From a phage: DNA of 49,949 nucleotides. How positions within the stretch are numbered: the first letter of the stretch is position 1; the number at the start of each line of letters is the position of its first letter. Made by a program: the position numbers and the translations under genes. Of the stretch, positions 1 to 10,091 are shown in pieces. The notes beneath the pieces are model-generated. The model did not search any database. It worked only from the letters and a program-made list of their open reading frames with translations, and was not told where the DNA came from. The stretch lies in sequence record OZ470806.1; one strand, given 5' to 3'.

Positions 1-1
1 T

Positions 2-523
2 ATGGCTAAAAACGTTGAGCCAGCAGTAAAGGCTTGCAATTTTAAAAAACTATATAATAAGCAATATGGCGATATAGCAAAAATGACAAAGGCGCACAAG
101 TACACGCCGGAGCAGGTATTTGATCTGGCTGTTCGTTACTTTACGTGGGCTGAGGAAAACCATATACAGGCTGCGGAAACGGCATCCTTTCAGGGTGACG
201 TATACGAAAGTAAGATTCACAAGCCGCGCGTGTTCACCTTAAATGGATTCCGCTTATTCGCTGGCCTTTCTGCCTCCGTACTTGAAAAATGGCGACGTGA
301 GCCAGGATTCAGCGATGTTATGGACTTTATCGACGGCGTTGTTTACGAGCAAAAATTCCAGCTTGCCGCAAACAATATTGTTAACGCTGGATTCATTGGC
401 AAAGAGATCGGCATTGAAAAGCCAGCTACCGTTACCATTGAGAATAACACAAGCGCCAGCGTTGACGCTGTAACGGCGGAGGAAGTCAAAGAGGCGGTAA
501 TTGACATTCTGGAGAAGATATAA
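2..523 (+). CDS. putative terminase small subunit
   Basis: 173-aa ORF whose stop overlaps the terL start at 523 (ATGA); first gene of packaging module; its RBS AAGGAGG sits at the window end (49938-49944), implying a circular junction. Confidence 0.5.
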   Translation: MAKNVEPAVKACNFKKLYNKQYGDIAKMTKAHKYTPEQVFDLAVRYFTWAEENHIQAAETASFQGDVYESKIHKPRVFTLNGFRLFAGLSASVLEKWRREPGFSDVMDFIDGVVYEQKFQLAANNIVNAGFIGKEIGIEKPATVTIENNTSASVDAVTAEEVKEAVIDILEKI

Positions 524-2091
524 TGCTGATTTGGGAAGACTTAACAGCGGCGCAAAAACGCGCCGTTAAGGAAATGAGCGAATATTCATTCGAAAAGATG
601 ATCCGCATTTGGTTTCAACTTCTCCAGGGACAAAGGTTTTTAGGAAACTGGCATTTCAGTTACCTATGCAGCGAAGTTGAAAAAATCATCAAAGGCGAGT
701 CACAGAATGTAATTTTCAACATAACGCCAGGCAGTGGTAAAACAGAGATATTCTCGATCCACATGTCACCTTATGCGTCATTGAAAAGTAAGAAGGTGAG
801 AAATCTTAATTTGTCGTTTAGTGATGGCCTTGTCCAGCAGAATAGCAACCGCATCAAAGAGATTATTGGTTCTCCAGAATGGCAGGAGCTATGGCCTGGA
901 AAGTTGGCAAAGGCGAGCGCAAAGGATTTGATTGTAACTGATGGCGGCAAGGTTAAATTACAAGTTAACTCGCGTTCTATCGGAGGTCAGGTTACTGGTC
1001 TGCGTGGTGGCTACATGGACGATGGTTTTACTGGTATGTTGGTTCTTGATGATCCAGACAAGCCGGATGACATGCTTTCTAAGGTGAAGCGCGAAGCCGG
1101 ACACATGCGCCTAAAGAACACGGTGCGATCGCGTCGAATGAAGGACACCACGCCAATTGTGATGGTTCAGCAACGTCTACACGTCAATGATTCAACATGG
1201 TTCATGACAAACGGCGGCATGGGCGGCATCAAGTTTAAGGTGGTTAGTATTCCGGCGCTCGTTACTAAGGAATATCGCGAAACGCTTCCTGATTGGTTAA
1301 AGCCTGAGTTTGATCGCGATGTTTTGTCCAGTAAGCCAGTGATGATTGATGGCGTTGCTCATTATTCATTCTGGCCTGCTAAGGAAAGCGCGGATGAATT
1401 GCTTGCGCTTCGCAATGCCGATCCGTACACGTTCGCTAGTCAGTATCAGCAACAGCCTGTTGCGCTTGGCGGTAACGTGTTTAAAACAGAGTGGTTTCAG
1501 TATTACGGAAGCAGCGAGAAATGCACGCTACCAAAACCGGATCGCTTTGAATATACATTTATCACGGTTGATACCGCGCAGAAAACAGGGGAGCTTAACG
1601 ACTATTCCGTGATCTGTTATTGGGGGATGTATAAAGATCGTGTCTACTTCATTGATGGCGTTCGCGGGAAATGGGAAGCACCGGACCTTGAGACGAATTT
1701 TGTTGCATTCGTTAATCAGTGCTGGAAGCGCAATAAAGAATGCGGAACGTTGCGAAGGATTCATGTTGAAGATAAATCGTCTGGCACTGGATTGATTCAG
1801 AGTGCGGCGAAAAAAATCATGATCAAGATCAATCCCGTTCAGCGCGATAAAGACAAGGTTACTCGTGCAATGGACGCAGCACCAGTAATGCGCGCCGGAC
1901 GCGTGGCACTTCCAGAATCTCATCCTATGCTGGCTGAGATACTCGCTGAAGTTGCGGCGTTCACATTCGATGATTCGCATCCTCATGATGATATTGTTGA
2001 TAACATCATTGATGCGGTTAACATTGAAATGAACATGGCAGATGATCCGGTTGGAAGAATGAAAAAATTGGCAGGTTTGCGGAACAAATAG
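523..2091 (+). CDS. terminase large subunit
   Basis: 522 aa; P-loop-like TPGSGKTE and acidic VLDDPDKPDD motifs; size and position upstream of portal. Confidence 0.85.
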   Translation: MLIWEDLTAAQKRAVKEMSEYSFEKMIRIWFQLLQGQRFLGNWHFSYLCSEVEKIIKGESQNVIFNITPGSGKTEIFSIHMSPYASLKSKKVRNLNLSFSDGLVQQNSNRIKEIIGSPEWQELWPGKLAKASAKDLIVTDGGKVKLQVNSRSIGGQVTGLRGGYMDDGFTGMLVLDDPDKPDDMLSKVKREAGHMRLKNTVRSRRMKDTTPIVMVQQRLHVNDSTWFMTNGGMGGIKFKVVSIPALVTKEYRETLPDWLKPEFDRDVLSSKPVMIDGVAHYSFWPAKESADELLALRNADPYTFASQYQQQPVALGGNVFKTEWFQYYGSSEKCTLPKPDRFEYTFITVDTAQKTGELNDYSVICYWGMYKDRVYFIDGVRGKWEAPDLETNFVAFVNQCWKRNKECGTLRRIHVEDKSSGTGLIQSAAKKIMIKINPVQRDKDKVTRAMDAAPVMRAGRVALPESHPMLAEILAEVAAFTFDDSHPHDDIVDNIIDAVNIEMNMADDPVGRMKKLAGLRNK

Positions 2092-2120
2092 CACGAATCG
2101 ACAAACCAATATATAATCAA

Positions 2121-2146
2121 AGGCTGGTAAATCCAGCCTTTTTTAT
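2121..2146 (+). terminator. rho-independent terminator after terL
   Basis: hairpin AGGCTGG-taaat-CCAGCCT followed by T-run. Confidence 0.6.
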
Positions 2147-2159
2147 TGGAGGAAAGATA

Positions 2160-3440
2160 ATGAGTAAATCACGAATCGTTAAGGCTGATGGCTATAACGA
2201 GATCTTTAAAGGCGAGAATTGCAAATCGCGAGTAGAGCAACCATTCTACATGCAATCAATGCCATACAAGACACTTGCTGACTTTTACGAAAAAGACGGC
2301 CTGGCAAAAAGGGTTATTGACGTAGTACCAGAGGAAATGGTTTCCCCCGGCTTCACGGTTGACGGCGTGGCAGACGAGGCAGCATTCCGTTCTTTGTGGG
2401 ATGAGAAGCGATTGAATGCAAAAATTATTGATGCGCTTTGCTGGTCGCGTTTGTTTGGTGGATCTGCAATCATTGCTCTTGTTCAGGATGGGCGAGCGCT
2501 AAAATCACCTGTAAAGCCTGGTGCCATGTTGGAGGATGTGCGAGTTTACGATCGCTATCAGATTCGCGTTGAAGCGCGCGAAACTAATCCCCGCAAGGTT
2601 CGCTATGGTGAGCCAGTGCTTTACACTGTAACGCCAGGCGGAGACTTGCCGGAATACCAGGTACACTACACGCGCGTTTGCATTATCGACGGTGAGCGGA
2701 TACCTAACGCAAAGCGACGCAGCAATGATGGCTGGGGTGAGTCAGTTCTTAACAAGCGACTTGTTGAGGCTATTGTTGATTATAACTATTGTGAAACATT
2801 GGCAACGCAATTATTGCGGCGTAAGCAACAGGCGGTATGGAAGGCTAAAGGACTCGCTGACTTGTGCGATGATGAGGAAGGTGTTAGCGCGGCACGCCTG
2901 AGACTTGCGCAGGTTGACGATGAGGGCGGCGTAGGCAAGGCCATTGGTATTGATGCTGAGGATGAGGAATATGATGTTCTTAACTCTGACATTAGCGGAG
3001 TTGATTCTTTTCTGGAAAAGAAAATGGATCGCATAGTTTCCCTTTCAGGTATTCATGAAATCATCCTGAAAAATAAAAACGTTGGCGGCGTTAGCGCAAG
3101 CCAAAACACGGCGCTTGAAACATTCTATAAACTTATTGAGCGAAAACGCGTTGAGGATTACAAGCCTATCCTTGAATTTCTATTGCCGTTCATCATTAGT
3201 GAGCAGGAGTGGAGCATTGAGTTTTCACCTTTGAGCGTGCCTAGCGATAAAGATCAGGCTGAAATTCTGAATAAGAATATCGACTCAATCAGCAAGGCTA
3301 TTGATGGTCAGTTCCTTGATGTTGAAGAAGCGCGAGACACGTTGCGAGCAATCGCCCCAAGCGTTAAACTAAAGGACACTAATAAAATCAAGCTGCCGGA
3401 TCCAACGGAGCCGGAGCCAGGCACACAGGGGAATGAGTAA
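2160..3440 (+). CDS. portal protein (putative)
   Basis: 426-aa ORF directly after terL with RBS GGAGGAAAG; size and order typical of portal. Confidence 0.7.
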   Translation: MSKSRIVKADGYNEIFKGENCKSRVEQPFYMQSMPYKTLADFYEKDGLAKRVIDVVPEEMVSPGFTVDGVADEAAFRSLWDEKRLNAKIIDALCWSRLFGGSAIIALVQDGRALKSPVKPGAMLEDVRVYDRYQIRVEARETNPRKVRYGEPVLYTVTPGGDLPEYQVHYTRVCIIDGERIPNAKRRSNDGWGESVLNKRLVEAIVDYNYCETLATQLLRRKQQAVWKAKGLADLCDDEEGVSAARLRLAQVDDEGGVGKAIGIDAEDEEYDVLNSDISGVDSFLEKKMDRIVSLSGIHEIILKNKNVGGVSASQNTALETFYKLIERKRVEDYKPILEFLLPFIISEQEWSIEFSPLSVPSDKDQAEILNKNIDSISKAIDGQFLDVEEARDTLRAIAPSVKLKDTNKIKLPDPTEPEPGTQGNE

Positions 3441-4204
3441 TGAAAGTGAAGGGCGTCGTTAAACAATGGCGCTTTCCTGAAGCAAGCGAGCGGCAATTTA
3501 GCCGCTCAATTCAGGAGGCAATTAGAGATCTTGTAGTTCTCATGCGCAAGCGAACAAAAGCGATGAAGTTTGACGCAACAGATAATGAGATCAACAGCGC
3601 AGAAGATGAAATTAACAGCCTGGCAACTGACCTTATAGCTGGCATTGTTTCCACTCTTCCTGCAATCGCGTTGACCATTTATAAATTCAATGCGAAGCAG
3701 TTTATCAATGTTGCCAAGTCAACTGGCGGAAAGGATAATACGGCGGTAATTGTTTTGATCGCGGTTGGCGCTAACGCTAACGAGGATTGGTATCAGACGC
3801 TTTACGGTCAATGGTACGGCCTTACAGAATCATCGCTAAGGAAGTTATTCACAAATATTGTGTCTGACTGGTCAACAAACATTCGCAATGCAAACTTTCG
3901 CGGAAGCAATGATAAACAGGTTAATGATCTTGCAGAAAAGAGATTTGCTGTTTATAGCTCCTGGGGTAAAACTAGATCAGAAAACATTATCGGCGCGTGG
4001 AATAGTCGCCTGATGCGCCAGCGCCTTTATGATGCTAAGGTGACTCATTATTTCTGGCATGGAATGTTAGATGATAGAGAGCGCTTGCAGCATGTGTTAT
4101 GGGAAGGTAAAAGAATAGCGCTTGATGCAATTCATGATTTCCCTGGTGAGCCGTGGGGTTGCCGTTGCTGGGCGATTCCAGATTGGAATAATAAAGGAGA
4201 GTAA
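3440..4204 (+). CDS. head morphogenesis / minor capsid protein (putative)
   Basis: 254 aa, start overlaps portal stop (ATGA coupling); position after portal. Confidence 0.5.
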   Translation: MKVKGVVKQWRFPEASERQFSRSIQEAIRDLVVLMRKRTKAMKFDATDNEINSAEDEINSLATDLIAGIVSTLPAIALTIYKFNAKQFINVAKSTGGKDNTAVIVLIAVGANANEDWYQTLYGQWYGLTESSLRKLFTNIVSDWSTNIRNANFRGSNDKQVNDLAEKRFAVYSSWGKTRSENIIGAWNSRLMRQRLYDAKVTHYFWHGMLDDRERLQHVLWEGKRIALDAIHDFPGEPWGCRCWAIPDWNNKGE

Positions 4205-4207
4205 TTA

Positions 4208-5320
4208 ATGAAGGCAAAACAAAGATTTGATAGCGTCCAGGTTAAGGCGCATTTTGATGATAATGGCTTTTTAGTGGATCGCCCAATTGTGGCGCGAATT
4301 GGTTTGCAGGAGTACCGCACACCGTATGGAATCAGACGAGAGTTCCGACCAGCGTCAGAGGTGTTTAAGGCTGATTCGCTTGCTACGTTCGCAGGCAAGC
4401 CGATCACTATCGGTCACGTCACGGTAACGCCAGACAATGCGGATCAGGTTGTTGTTGGTTCATGCGCTGGCGCTGGTGTTCCAAATGGGATTGGCGTTGA
4501 AGTTCCGTTAAGCATTTACTCAAAGCGAGCAATTGAGAGCGCAAAAAAGAAAGACACGGCGGAAATTTCAGTTGGTTACACATCGGTTGATATTGACAAG
4601 CCAGGCTGGGGTAATAATAAAACTGGTGATTACTTGTTTGAGGAAGACCTCAAGGAAGACTGGAGGCCTGATTCTTCTGATTGGGTTAAATTTGACGCCA
4701 TTCAGACGAATATCCGTGTTAATCACATTGCACTTGTCTTTCGTGGTCGTGCTGGTATTGCCAAATTAAATCTTGATAGTGAACAGGATTTTCCGTATAG
4801 TGACGAGGTTCTAAATGACAAAGGAGATGAGGAAATGACAGTAAAAATTAAACTTGATGGCGCGGTAGAATTTGATGTTCCAAAGGCCGTTGCTGATCAT
4901 ATTGAGGCGTTAAAGGCAGATGCAAAAGCTGCAACCGAAAAAGCTGATGGCCTTGAGGCAGAGCGCGACGCCCTGAAAACTAAAGTCGATGGCATTCCGG
5001 CGCAGATTGCAGAAGCTGTTAAGAAGGCAAAGACTGACGCAGAAGAACACGCCAAGCTGGTTGCAGATGCAACTGAAATTGGCATCAAGTGTGACGGATT
5101 GGACGCTAAAGCGATCAAGGTTGCTTACGTCAAAGAAGTCACTGGCGCTGATATTTCAGAAAAAGCCGATGCATATATTGAAACAGCTTTTGACCTTGCG
5201 AAGCAGTCTGATAAAATGGCGGCGCAGCGTAAATCTGTTAAGGGCGATTCTTTCGAATCTGGCAAGAGTGAAAAAACCGACTCCCTTGATCCGACTGCGC
5301 GTTTGAAAAAACTTAAATAA
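4208..5320 (+). CDS. scaffolding / prohead maturation protein (putative)
   Basis: 370 aa; C-terminal Ala/Lys/Glu/Asp-rich predicted coiled coil; position before capsid genes. Confidence 0.5.
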   Translation: MKAKQRFDSVQVKAHFDDNGFLVDRPIVARIGLQEYRTPYGIRREFRPASEVFKADSLATFAGKPITIGHVTVTPDNADQVVVGSCAGAGVPNGIGVEVPLSIYSKRAIESAKKKDTAEISVGYTSVDIDKPGWGNNKTGDYLFEEDLKEDWRPDSSDWVKFDAIQTNIRVNHIALVFRGRAGIAKLNLDSEQDFPYSDEVLNDKGDEEMTVKIKLDGAVEFDVPKAVADHIEALKADAKAATEKADGLEAERDALKTKVDGIPAQIAEAVKKAKTDAEEHAKLVADATEIGIKCDGLDAKAIKVAYVKEVTGADISEKADAYIETAFDLAKQSDKMAAQRKSVKGDSFESGKSEKTDSLDPTARLKKLK

Positions 5321-5332
5321 GGAGAAATAAAC

Positions 5333-5845
5333 ATGGCTACAATTGGAGCAAGTTATTTTGCTGTAATGTCTCGTGCGTTACCTGGTCAGGTTTCTGACAC
5401 TTCAGCTTATAATATTGATGGCGCTTGTGTTCTTGAGAATGCGGCAGGCAATCAGAATCGGTCTGTTTTTGTTGGTGTGGCGGTCCAGCATGGCGGCGTT
5501 GATGCTATGGGCAATAAGCTAATTAAGCCGATGGCGGCAAGCGGCAAGGCTTACGGCGTTGCAATTCGATCTCACTTTCAGACAACTTCGTCTGACGGTC
5601 GAATGATTTATGAATCTGGCGGCGGAATCAACGTAATGACTGAGGGGCGTGTTTGGATGTTGGCTAAAGACGCTTCCGCTCCAGCGTTCGGCGCTACAAT
5701 CAAACTTTCTGATGATGGTCAGGTTGATACCGCGTCTGGCACTATCGAAACAAACTGGATCGCGACTGGTGATTTCACCGAGTTTCAAGGCTTGAAGCTG
5801 GTAGAGGTTCAGGTGCAAAAAGTTCCGGCAGTTTCAGCAGGTTAA
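5333..5845 (+). CDS. capsid-associated structural protein (paralogue A)
   Basis: 170 aa; RBS AAGGAGAAA; shares GVAV and G-x-VW-x-L segments with the next ORF. Confidence 0.45.
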   Translation: MATIGASYFAVMSRALPGQVSDTSAYNIDGACVLENAAGNQNRSVFVGVAVQHGGVDAMGNKLIKPMAASGKAYGVAIRSHFQTTSSDGRMIYESGGGINVMTEGRVWMLAKDASAPAFGATIKLSDDGQVDTASGTIETNWIATGDFTEFQGLKLVEVQVQKVPAVSAG

Positions 5846-5852
5846 TAAATAT

Positions 5853-5876
5853 GGCGCTCACTGAGCGCCTTTTTTA
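5853..5876 (+). terminator. rho-independent terminator
   Basis: hairpin GGCGCTCA/TGAGCGCC followed by T5. Confidence 0.6.
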
Positions 5877-5890
5877 TATTTGGGGTTATC

Positions 5891-6325
5891 ATGAGTGATT
5901 ATTCAGTCATTGTTGGCGCTGAGTCGCCAGGGTGCATGGTCGATTCTTCAATAATGGTGATTAACGGATCTTTCGTGTGCGGAGATGAATTTATTGCGCC
6001 AGGTAAGATTGTGCGACTATCACATATAATAAATGGATACAAAATAGCAAGTGTTAATGGTGATCTTGTTATTGGCGTGGCAGTAAGGCCGCCGGACTCG
6101 TGCATATATGAGGAGGGTGATCCCGTTAATGTGGTTAGTAGAGGTAGTGTGTGGTGCTTAACTTCTGAGAGCGAAGAGCCAGAATATGGAGATAAAGTAT
6201 TTGTAACGCAAGATGGAGATGCGGCATACAGTGAAGGCGACTTGCTGAGCGGTTGGATCTTTACTGGCGAACATGTAAAGGTTGATCATGATTCATATAT
6301 TGTCGGGGTAAGCATTAGCGCATAA
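5891..6325 (+). CDS. capsid-associated structural protein (paralogue B)
   Basis: 144 aa; similar to 5333-5845 product (IGVAVRP, RGSVWCL, QDGD vs VGVAVQH, EGRVWML, DDGQ). Confidence 0.4.
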   Translation: MSDYSVIVGAESPGCMVDSSIMVINGSFVCGDEFIAPGKIVRLSHIINGYKIASVNGDLVIGVAVRPPDSCIYEEGDPVNVVSRGSVWCLTSESEEPEYGDKVFVTQDGDAAYSEGDLLSGWIFTGEHVKVDHDSYIVGVSISA

Positions 6326-6408
6326 CACAAAATTATGTTGCACGTTTAACAAAAAATGCTATCATTGTGGCGTTACATACTAACAGCCTTTATATATGGA
6401 GGAAGAAA

Positions 6409-7383
6409 ATGGAAAAAGAAAAATTTGATCAGCTAGATGCGGATATTGTTTCTAGCTATCTGGCTACTCGCGGCGTTAAGGGTGATGCTTCTGATATGGG
6501 TATCTGGACGGCGCAAGAGCTTCACAAGATCCGCTCAACTGCCTACGAGAAAGAATATCCGGCAGGTTCAGCGCTTCGTGTATTCCCTGTAACTAATGAG
6601 CTTTCTGATACTGATAAGACTTTTGAATATCAGATGTTTGACAAGGTTGGTTACGCAAAAATTATCGCTGATTACACCGACGATCTGCCGACCGTTGACG
6701 CGCTGATGTCCAGCGAATTTGGTAAAGTGTTCCGCTTGGGTAACGCGTTCTTGATCTCCATTGACGAAATCAAGGCTGGTCAGCGCACTGGTAAGAGCCT
6801 TTCCACTCGCAAGGCAAACGCAGCGCAAAACGCTCATGATCAGGAAGTTAACCGCCTGGTGTTTAAGGGTTCAAAGCCGCATAAGATTCTTTCGGTGTTT
6901 GAGCACCCTAACCTGACAAAGATCGTGTCAACTGGCTGGTTAAGTGCTGATGAAAACACTAAGTTCCCGCAGGCGGCATCTGATGAACTGGAAAAGGCTA
7001 TTGAAACAATTCAGACCATCACCAATGGTCAGCACCGAGCAACCAACATCCTGATTCCGCCGTCTATGCGCAAGGTTCTTTCCGTTCGAATGGAAAACAC
7101 CACTGAAAGTTATCTGGAATACTTCCAGAAACAAAACAGCGGAATCACCATTGACTCAATCGCAGAGCTTGAGGATATTGATGGCACAGGAACGAAAGGT
7201 TGCCTGGTATATGAGAAAGACCCGATGAACATGTCGATCGAAATTCCAGAAGCATTTAACATGCTTCCTGCGCAACCAAAAGATCTGCATTTCAAAGTTC
7301 CGTGTACTTCAAAATGTACTGGCCTGACGATTTACCGTCCGTTTACGCTAGTGCTTATTACTGGCTTGAAAAAATCAGGTTAA
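6409..7383 (+). CDS. major capsid protein (putative)
   Basis: 324 aa from ATG 6409 with RBS GGAGGAAGAAA (ORF track begins at upstream GTG 6367); flanked by terminators; position in head module. Confidence 0.65.
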   Translation: MEKEKFDQLDADIVSSYLATRGVKGDASDMGIWTAQELHKIRSTAYEKEYPAGSALRVFPVTNELSDTDKTFEYQMFDKVGYAKIIADYTDDLPTVDALMSSEFGKVFRLGNAFLISIDEIKAGQRTGKSLSTRKANAAQNAHDQEVNRLVFKGSKPHKILSVFEHPNLTKIVSTGWLSADENTKFPQAASDELEKAIETIQTITNGQHRATNILIPPSMRKVLSVRMENTTESYLEYFQKQNSGITIDSIAELEDIDGTGTKGCLVYEKDPMNMSIEIPEAFNMLPAQPKDLHFKVPCTSKCTGLTIYRPFTLVLITGLKKSG

Positions 7384-7395
7384 TCGTATAACATT

Positions 7396-7425
7396 GGGGA
7401 ATCCTTAACTGGATTCCCTTTTTTA
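7396..7425 (+). terminator. rho-independent terminator after capsid gene
   Basis: hairpin GGGAATCC-ttaact-GGATTCCC followed by T6. Confidence 0.65.
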
Positions 7426-7439
7426 TTGGAGGTTATGAA

Positions 7440-7712
7440 ATGGCTAAAGAAAAAACTGTAACGCTAAAGGTTTCAGGCGTGTGCCTTATCATTGTTGATG
7501 GTGAGCATTATCATCCAGGCAAAGAGTTTGACGTAGAAGAATCAAAATTGAAAACAAGCGCGTTTGAATATCTAATTGCAAAAGGCGATCTGGAGGTTAA
7601 AGACAACTCCGCATTGAATGAAGAAATCAAACAGAGCGCAGCAAGCAAACGTAAAAAAGACCCGCGAGAGGGCAAGAGCAAAGCCGAACTTGAAGACGGC
7701 GGCATCTATTAA
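7440..7712 (+). CDS. hypothetical head-associated protein
   Basis: 90 aa, RBS GGAGGTTATGAAATG, Lys/Glu-rich C-terminus. Confidence 0.4.
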   Translation: MAKEKTVTLKVSGVCLIIVDGEHYHPGKEFDVEESKLKTSAFEYLIAKGDLEVKDNSALNEEIKQSAASKRKKDPREGKSKAELEDGGIY

Positions 7713-7759
7713 TAAAGAGGGCGCTATAAGCGCCCTTTGTCATATCTGGAGGAAACACA

Positions 7760-8176
7760 ATGGTTGATGAATTTTTCACTGACGCAGAAATCACGCAGCA
7801 AATCGTGAAATTAGCTCCACCGATGAAACAGATTGATCCAGATTTAATGGTGACATGGATTGATCTGGCAAAGGAATTTGTTTGCAAGAAGCGGTTTAAA
7901 GAATCATATCCAAAAGCGGTTGCTCTTTATACGTTGCACCTTATGACGCTTGATGGAGCCATGAAGCAAGAAGGGGAAAGCGTAGAAAGTTACTCGCGGC
8001 GAGTTGCGTCATTTTCCCTGACTAGTGAATTTAGCCAGACTTTTGATCGAGTGTCAGGCGACTCTGGCGGAAAAGAGATTAGACAAACTCCCTGGGGGAA
8101 AATGTACGAAACGCTAAATCGTAAGAAAGGCGGTGGATTTGGCCTTGTGACTGGATTTCGGAGGCGCTGCAAATGA
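7760..8176 (+). CDS. head-tail connector protein (putative)
   Basis: 138 aa, RBS GGAGGAAACACAATG; position between capsid and tail genes. Confidence 0.45.
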   Translation: MVDEFFTDAEITQQIVKLAPPMKQIDPDLMVTWIDLAKEFVCKKRFKESYPKAVALYTLHLMTLDGAMKQEGESVESYSRRVASFSLTSEFSQTFDRVSGDSGGKEIRQTPWGKMYETLNRKKGGGFGLVTGFRRRCK

Positions 8177-8544
8177 ACTATAACGAGATCGCAAGAATGG
8201 CAACCGAAGGAATTAACTTCTTTAGTGATAGCAACGGTGAGTTTAAGTGCATAACGCAGCGTGGAAGCGTTGAAATCATTGGAGGCGAAGAAGTAGAAAA
8301 GCCAGAGATTAGTGTAATGATTAAGGGTTTAATTCGATCCCCAAAAGTCCGAGAGGTTGACGGCGAGACAATACGAGTAACAGATAAGTTGGGAGTTTTT
8401 AACAATAAAGTTGAAATTAAGAACGGGTATCATATTGATGTTGATGGTGAATTATATGTTGTAGTTGAAGCAAGACCAATCAGGCAAACCAATGTCACTG
8501 TTGCTTATCGGCCTATTTTGAGAAGGATTTCTGTACATGGCTAA
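8173..8544 (+). CDS. neck / head-tail joining protein (putative)
   Basis: 123 aa, overlapping starts and stops with neighbours (translational coupling). Confidence 0.4.
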   Translation: MNYNEIARMATEGINFFSDSNGEFKCITQRGSVEIIGGEEVEKPEISVMIKGLIRSPKVREVDGETIRVTDKLGVFNNKVEIKNGYHIDVDGELYVVVEARPIRQTNVTVAYRPILRRISVHG

Positions 8545-8980
8545 AAACTACACGATAAGGGAATTTCACGGCAACATTGATGCGTGGATAAACGCCGTTG
8601 ATAGTGGACTAAAAGATTGCGTGGAGTTGTTCGCCGAAAAAGTACACACAGATTTGGTTAAGCGTTCTCCGGTAGATACTGGTCGTTACCGTGGAAACTG
8701 GCAGGTGACAGCAAATAAGCCGCCATTGTATGCGCTTAATCAGTACGATAAGCACGGAGACAAAACGATCGCGGAAGGAAAACGTGCCATATACGCAATA
8801 TTACGAGGTGGCGGCGCAGTAAGAGCTATTTATTTTTCTAACATGCTTATTTATGCTAACGCGCTTGAGTACGGTCATTCAAAACAAGCGCCAGCGGGTG
8901 TGCTTGGTATTGTTGCCGTGAAATTGCGTTCATATATAGCTGAGGCAATAAAAGAGTCGAGGGCAAAAAATGCACTATGA
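8537..8980 (+). CDS. tail completion / neck protein (putative)
   Basis: 147 aa, coupled to neighbours; position. Confidence 0.4.
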   Translation: MAKNYTIREFHGNIDAWINAVDSGLKDCVELFAEKVHTDLVKRSPVDTGRYRGNWQVTANKPPLYALNQYDKHGDKTIAEGKRAIYAILRGGGAVRAIYFSNMLIYANALEYGHSKQAPAGVLGIVAVKLRSYIAEAIKESRAKNAL

Positions 8981-9368
8981 ATTAATGCTATCGGCGCGTA
9001 AGGCGCTGGCGACTGAATACGAAAGCAGATTCATGATCGCTTATGAAAACGTAGAGTTTACGCCACCTGGTGACGGTTCGCCGTGGTTGAAGTTTGACTA
9101 TGCCGAAGTTAACACAGAATACTTGTCATTGGATCGAAAATGCGTTTCTTATATCGGAATGATTCAGGTTGGCATTGTGTTTCCACCAGGTTACGGAACT
9201 GACAGGCCGCGCGTTCTCGCTAAAGAGATTGCGCAATTCTTTTACGATGGTAAAATGCTGGAGCATGGTTATATATATGAGGGTGCAAGAGTTCACAAAC
9301 CGCTCAAGAGTGAAAGCGGATGGCTTCTCCCTATAAGGTTTTATGTTCGAATTGAAACAAAGGAGTAA
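8970..9368 (+). CDS. tail terminator-like protein (putative)
   Basis: 132 aa immediately upstream of major tail gene. Confidence 0.35.
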   Translation: MHYELMLSARKALATEYESRFMIAYENVEFTPPGDGSPWLKFDYAEVNTEYLSLDRKCVSYIGMIQVGIVFPPGYGTDRPRVLAKEIAQFFYDGKMLEHGYIYEGARVHKPLKSESGWLLPIRFYVRIETKE

Positions 9369-9373
9369 AAATT

Positions 9374-10036
9374 ATGCATTTACCAAATGGATCGCAAATT
9401 TTCGTTGAGAGCAATCGCGGAAGCGAAATCCAAGCAACAGCAGTGTCAAACGCCAAAGATCCTGTTTTCACTGTTGCATCTGGCGGCACTGCGTACAAGA
9501 AAGGTGATTATGTGATCATCACTGCGTCTTCTTGGGGTAAGCTGATTGATCGTGTTATGCGTGTAAAGGCTAACGGTGAAGAAACAAGCGTGACTCTTGA
9601 AGGTGTAGATACTACTGATCAGAACGTTTTCCCGACTGGCGGTACTGCATCTTTTGCCAAAATTGATGCATGGACTGAGATCCTTTGCGTTAAAGATTTG
9701 TCGCAGGACGGCGGCGAACAGCAATACTACACTTATCAGTGTTTGGCAGACGATCAGGAACAGCAGTTACCTACCTATAAGAGCGCCGTTTCTCTTACCT
9801 ACACTTTTGCGCACGAATACGATAACGCGATCTATCCGCTATTGCGTTCAGCAGATGAATCAGGCGAAGTAACCGCGCTTCGCATGTATGTACCAAAAGC
9901 AAAAGAGATGCGTTGCTGGGCTGGTGTCCTTTCGTTTAACGAAATCCCGCAGACCACAGTTAACGAAATGGAAACCGTTTCCCTATCTGTATCCCTGAAA
10001 GGTCGATTCACCTTCCTACCTTCTCAAGTAGCATAA
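9374..10036 (+). CDS. major tail protein (putative)
   Basis: 220 aa, RBS AAGGAG, followed by strong terminator and the chaperone-frameshift-tape-measure array. Confidence 0.6.
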   Translation: MHLPNGSQIFVESNRGSEIQATAVSNAKDPVFTVASGGTAYKKGDYVIITASSWGKLIDRVMRVKANGEETSVTLEGVDTTDQNVFPTGGTASFAKIDAWTEILCVKDLSQDGGEQQYYTYQCLADDQEQQLPTYKSAVSLTYTFAHEYDNAIYPLLRSADESGEVTALRMYVPKAKEMRCWAGVLSFNEIPQTTVNEMETVSLSVSLKGRFTFLPSQVA

Positions 10037-10041
10037 TCACA

Positions 10042-10065
10042 AGGGGCGTTGCGCCCCTTTTTTTG
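10042..10065 (+). terminator. rho-independent terminator after major tail gene
   Basis: hairpin GGGGCG-ttg-CGCCCC followed by T7. Confidence 0.7.
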
Positions 10066-10091
10066 TTACTGTACAATCATGCTACACGATT

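Noticed and set aside
1346-2109. ORFs 1346-1612 (+) and 1528-2109 (-) within terL
   Set aside because: Embedded in or antisense to the terminase large subunit frame, which has clear motifs
6367-6408. Upstream GTG (6367) as start of the major capsid gene
   Set aside because: ATG 6409 has a strong RBS at ideal spacing, whereas the GTG lies inside the reverse-oriented conserved element region with no RBS
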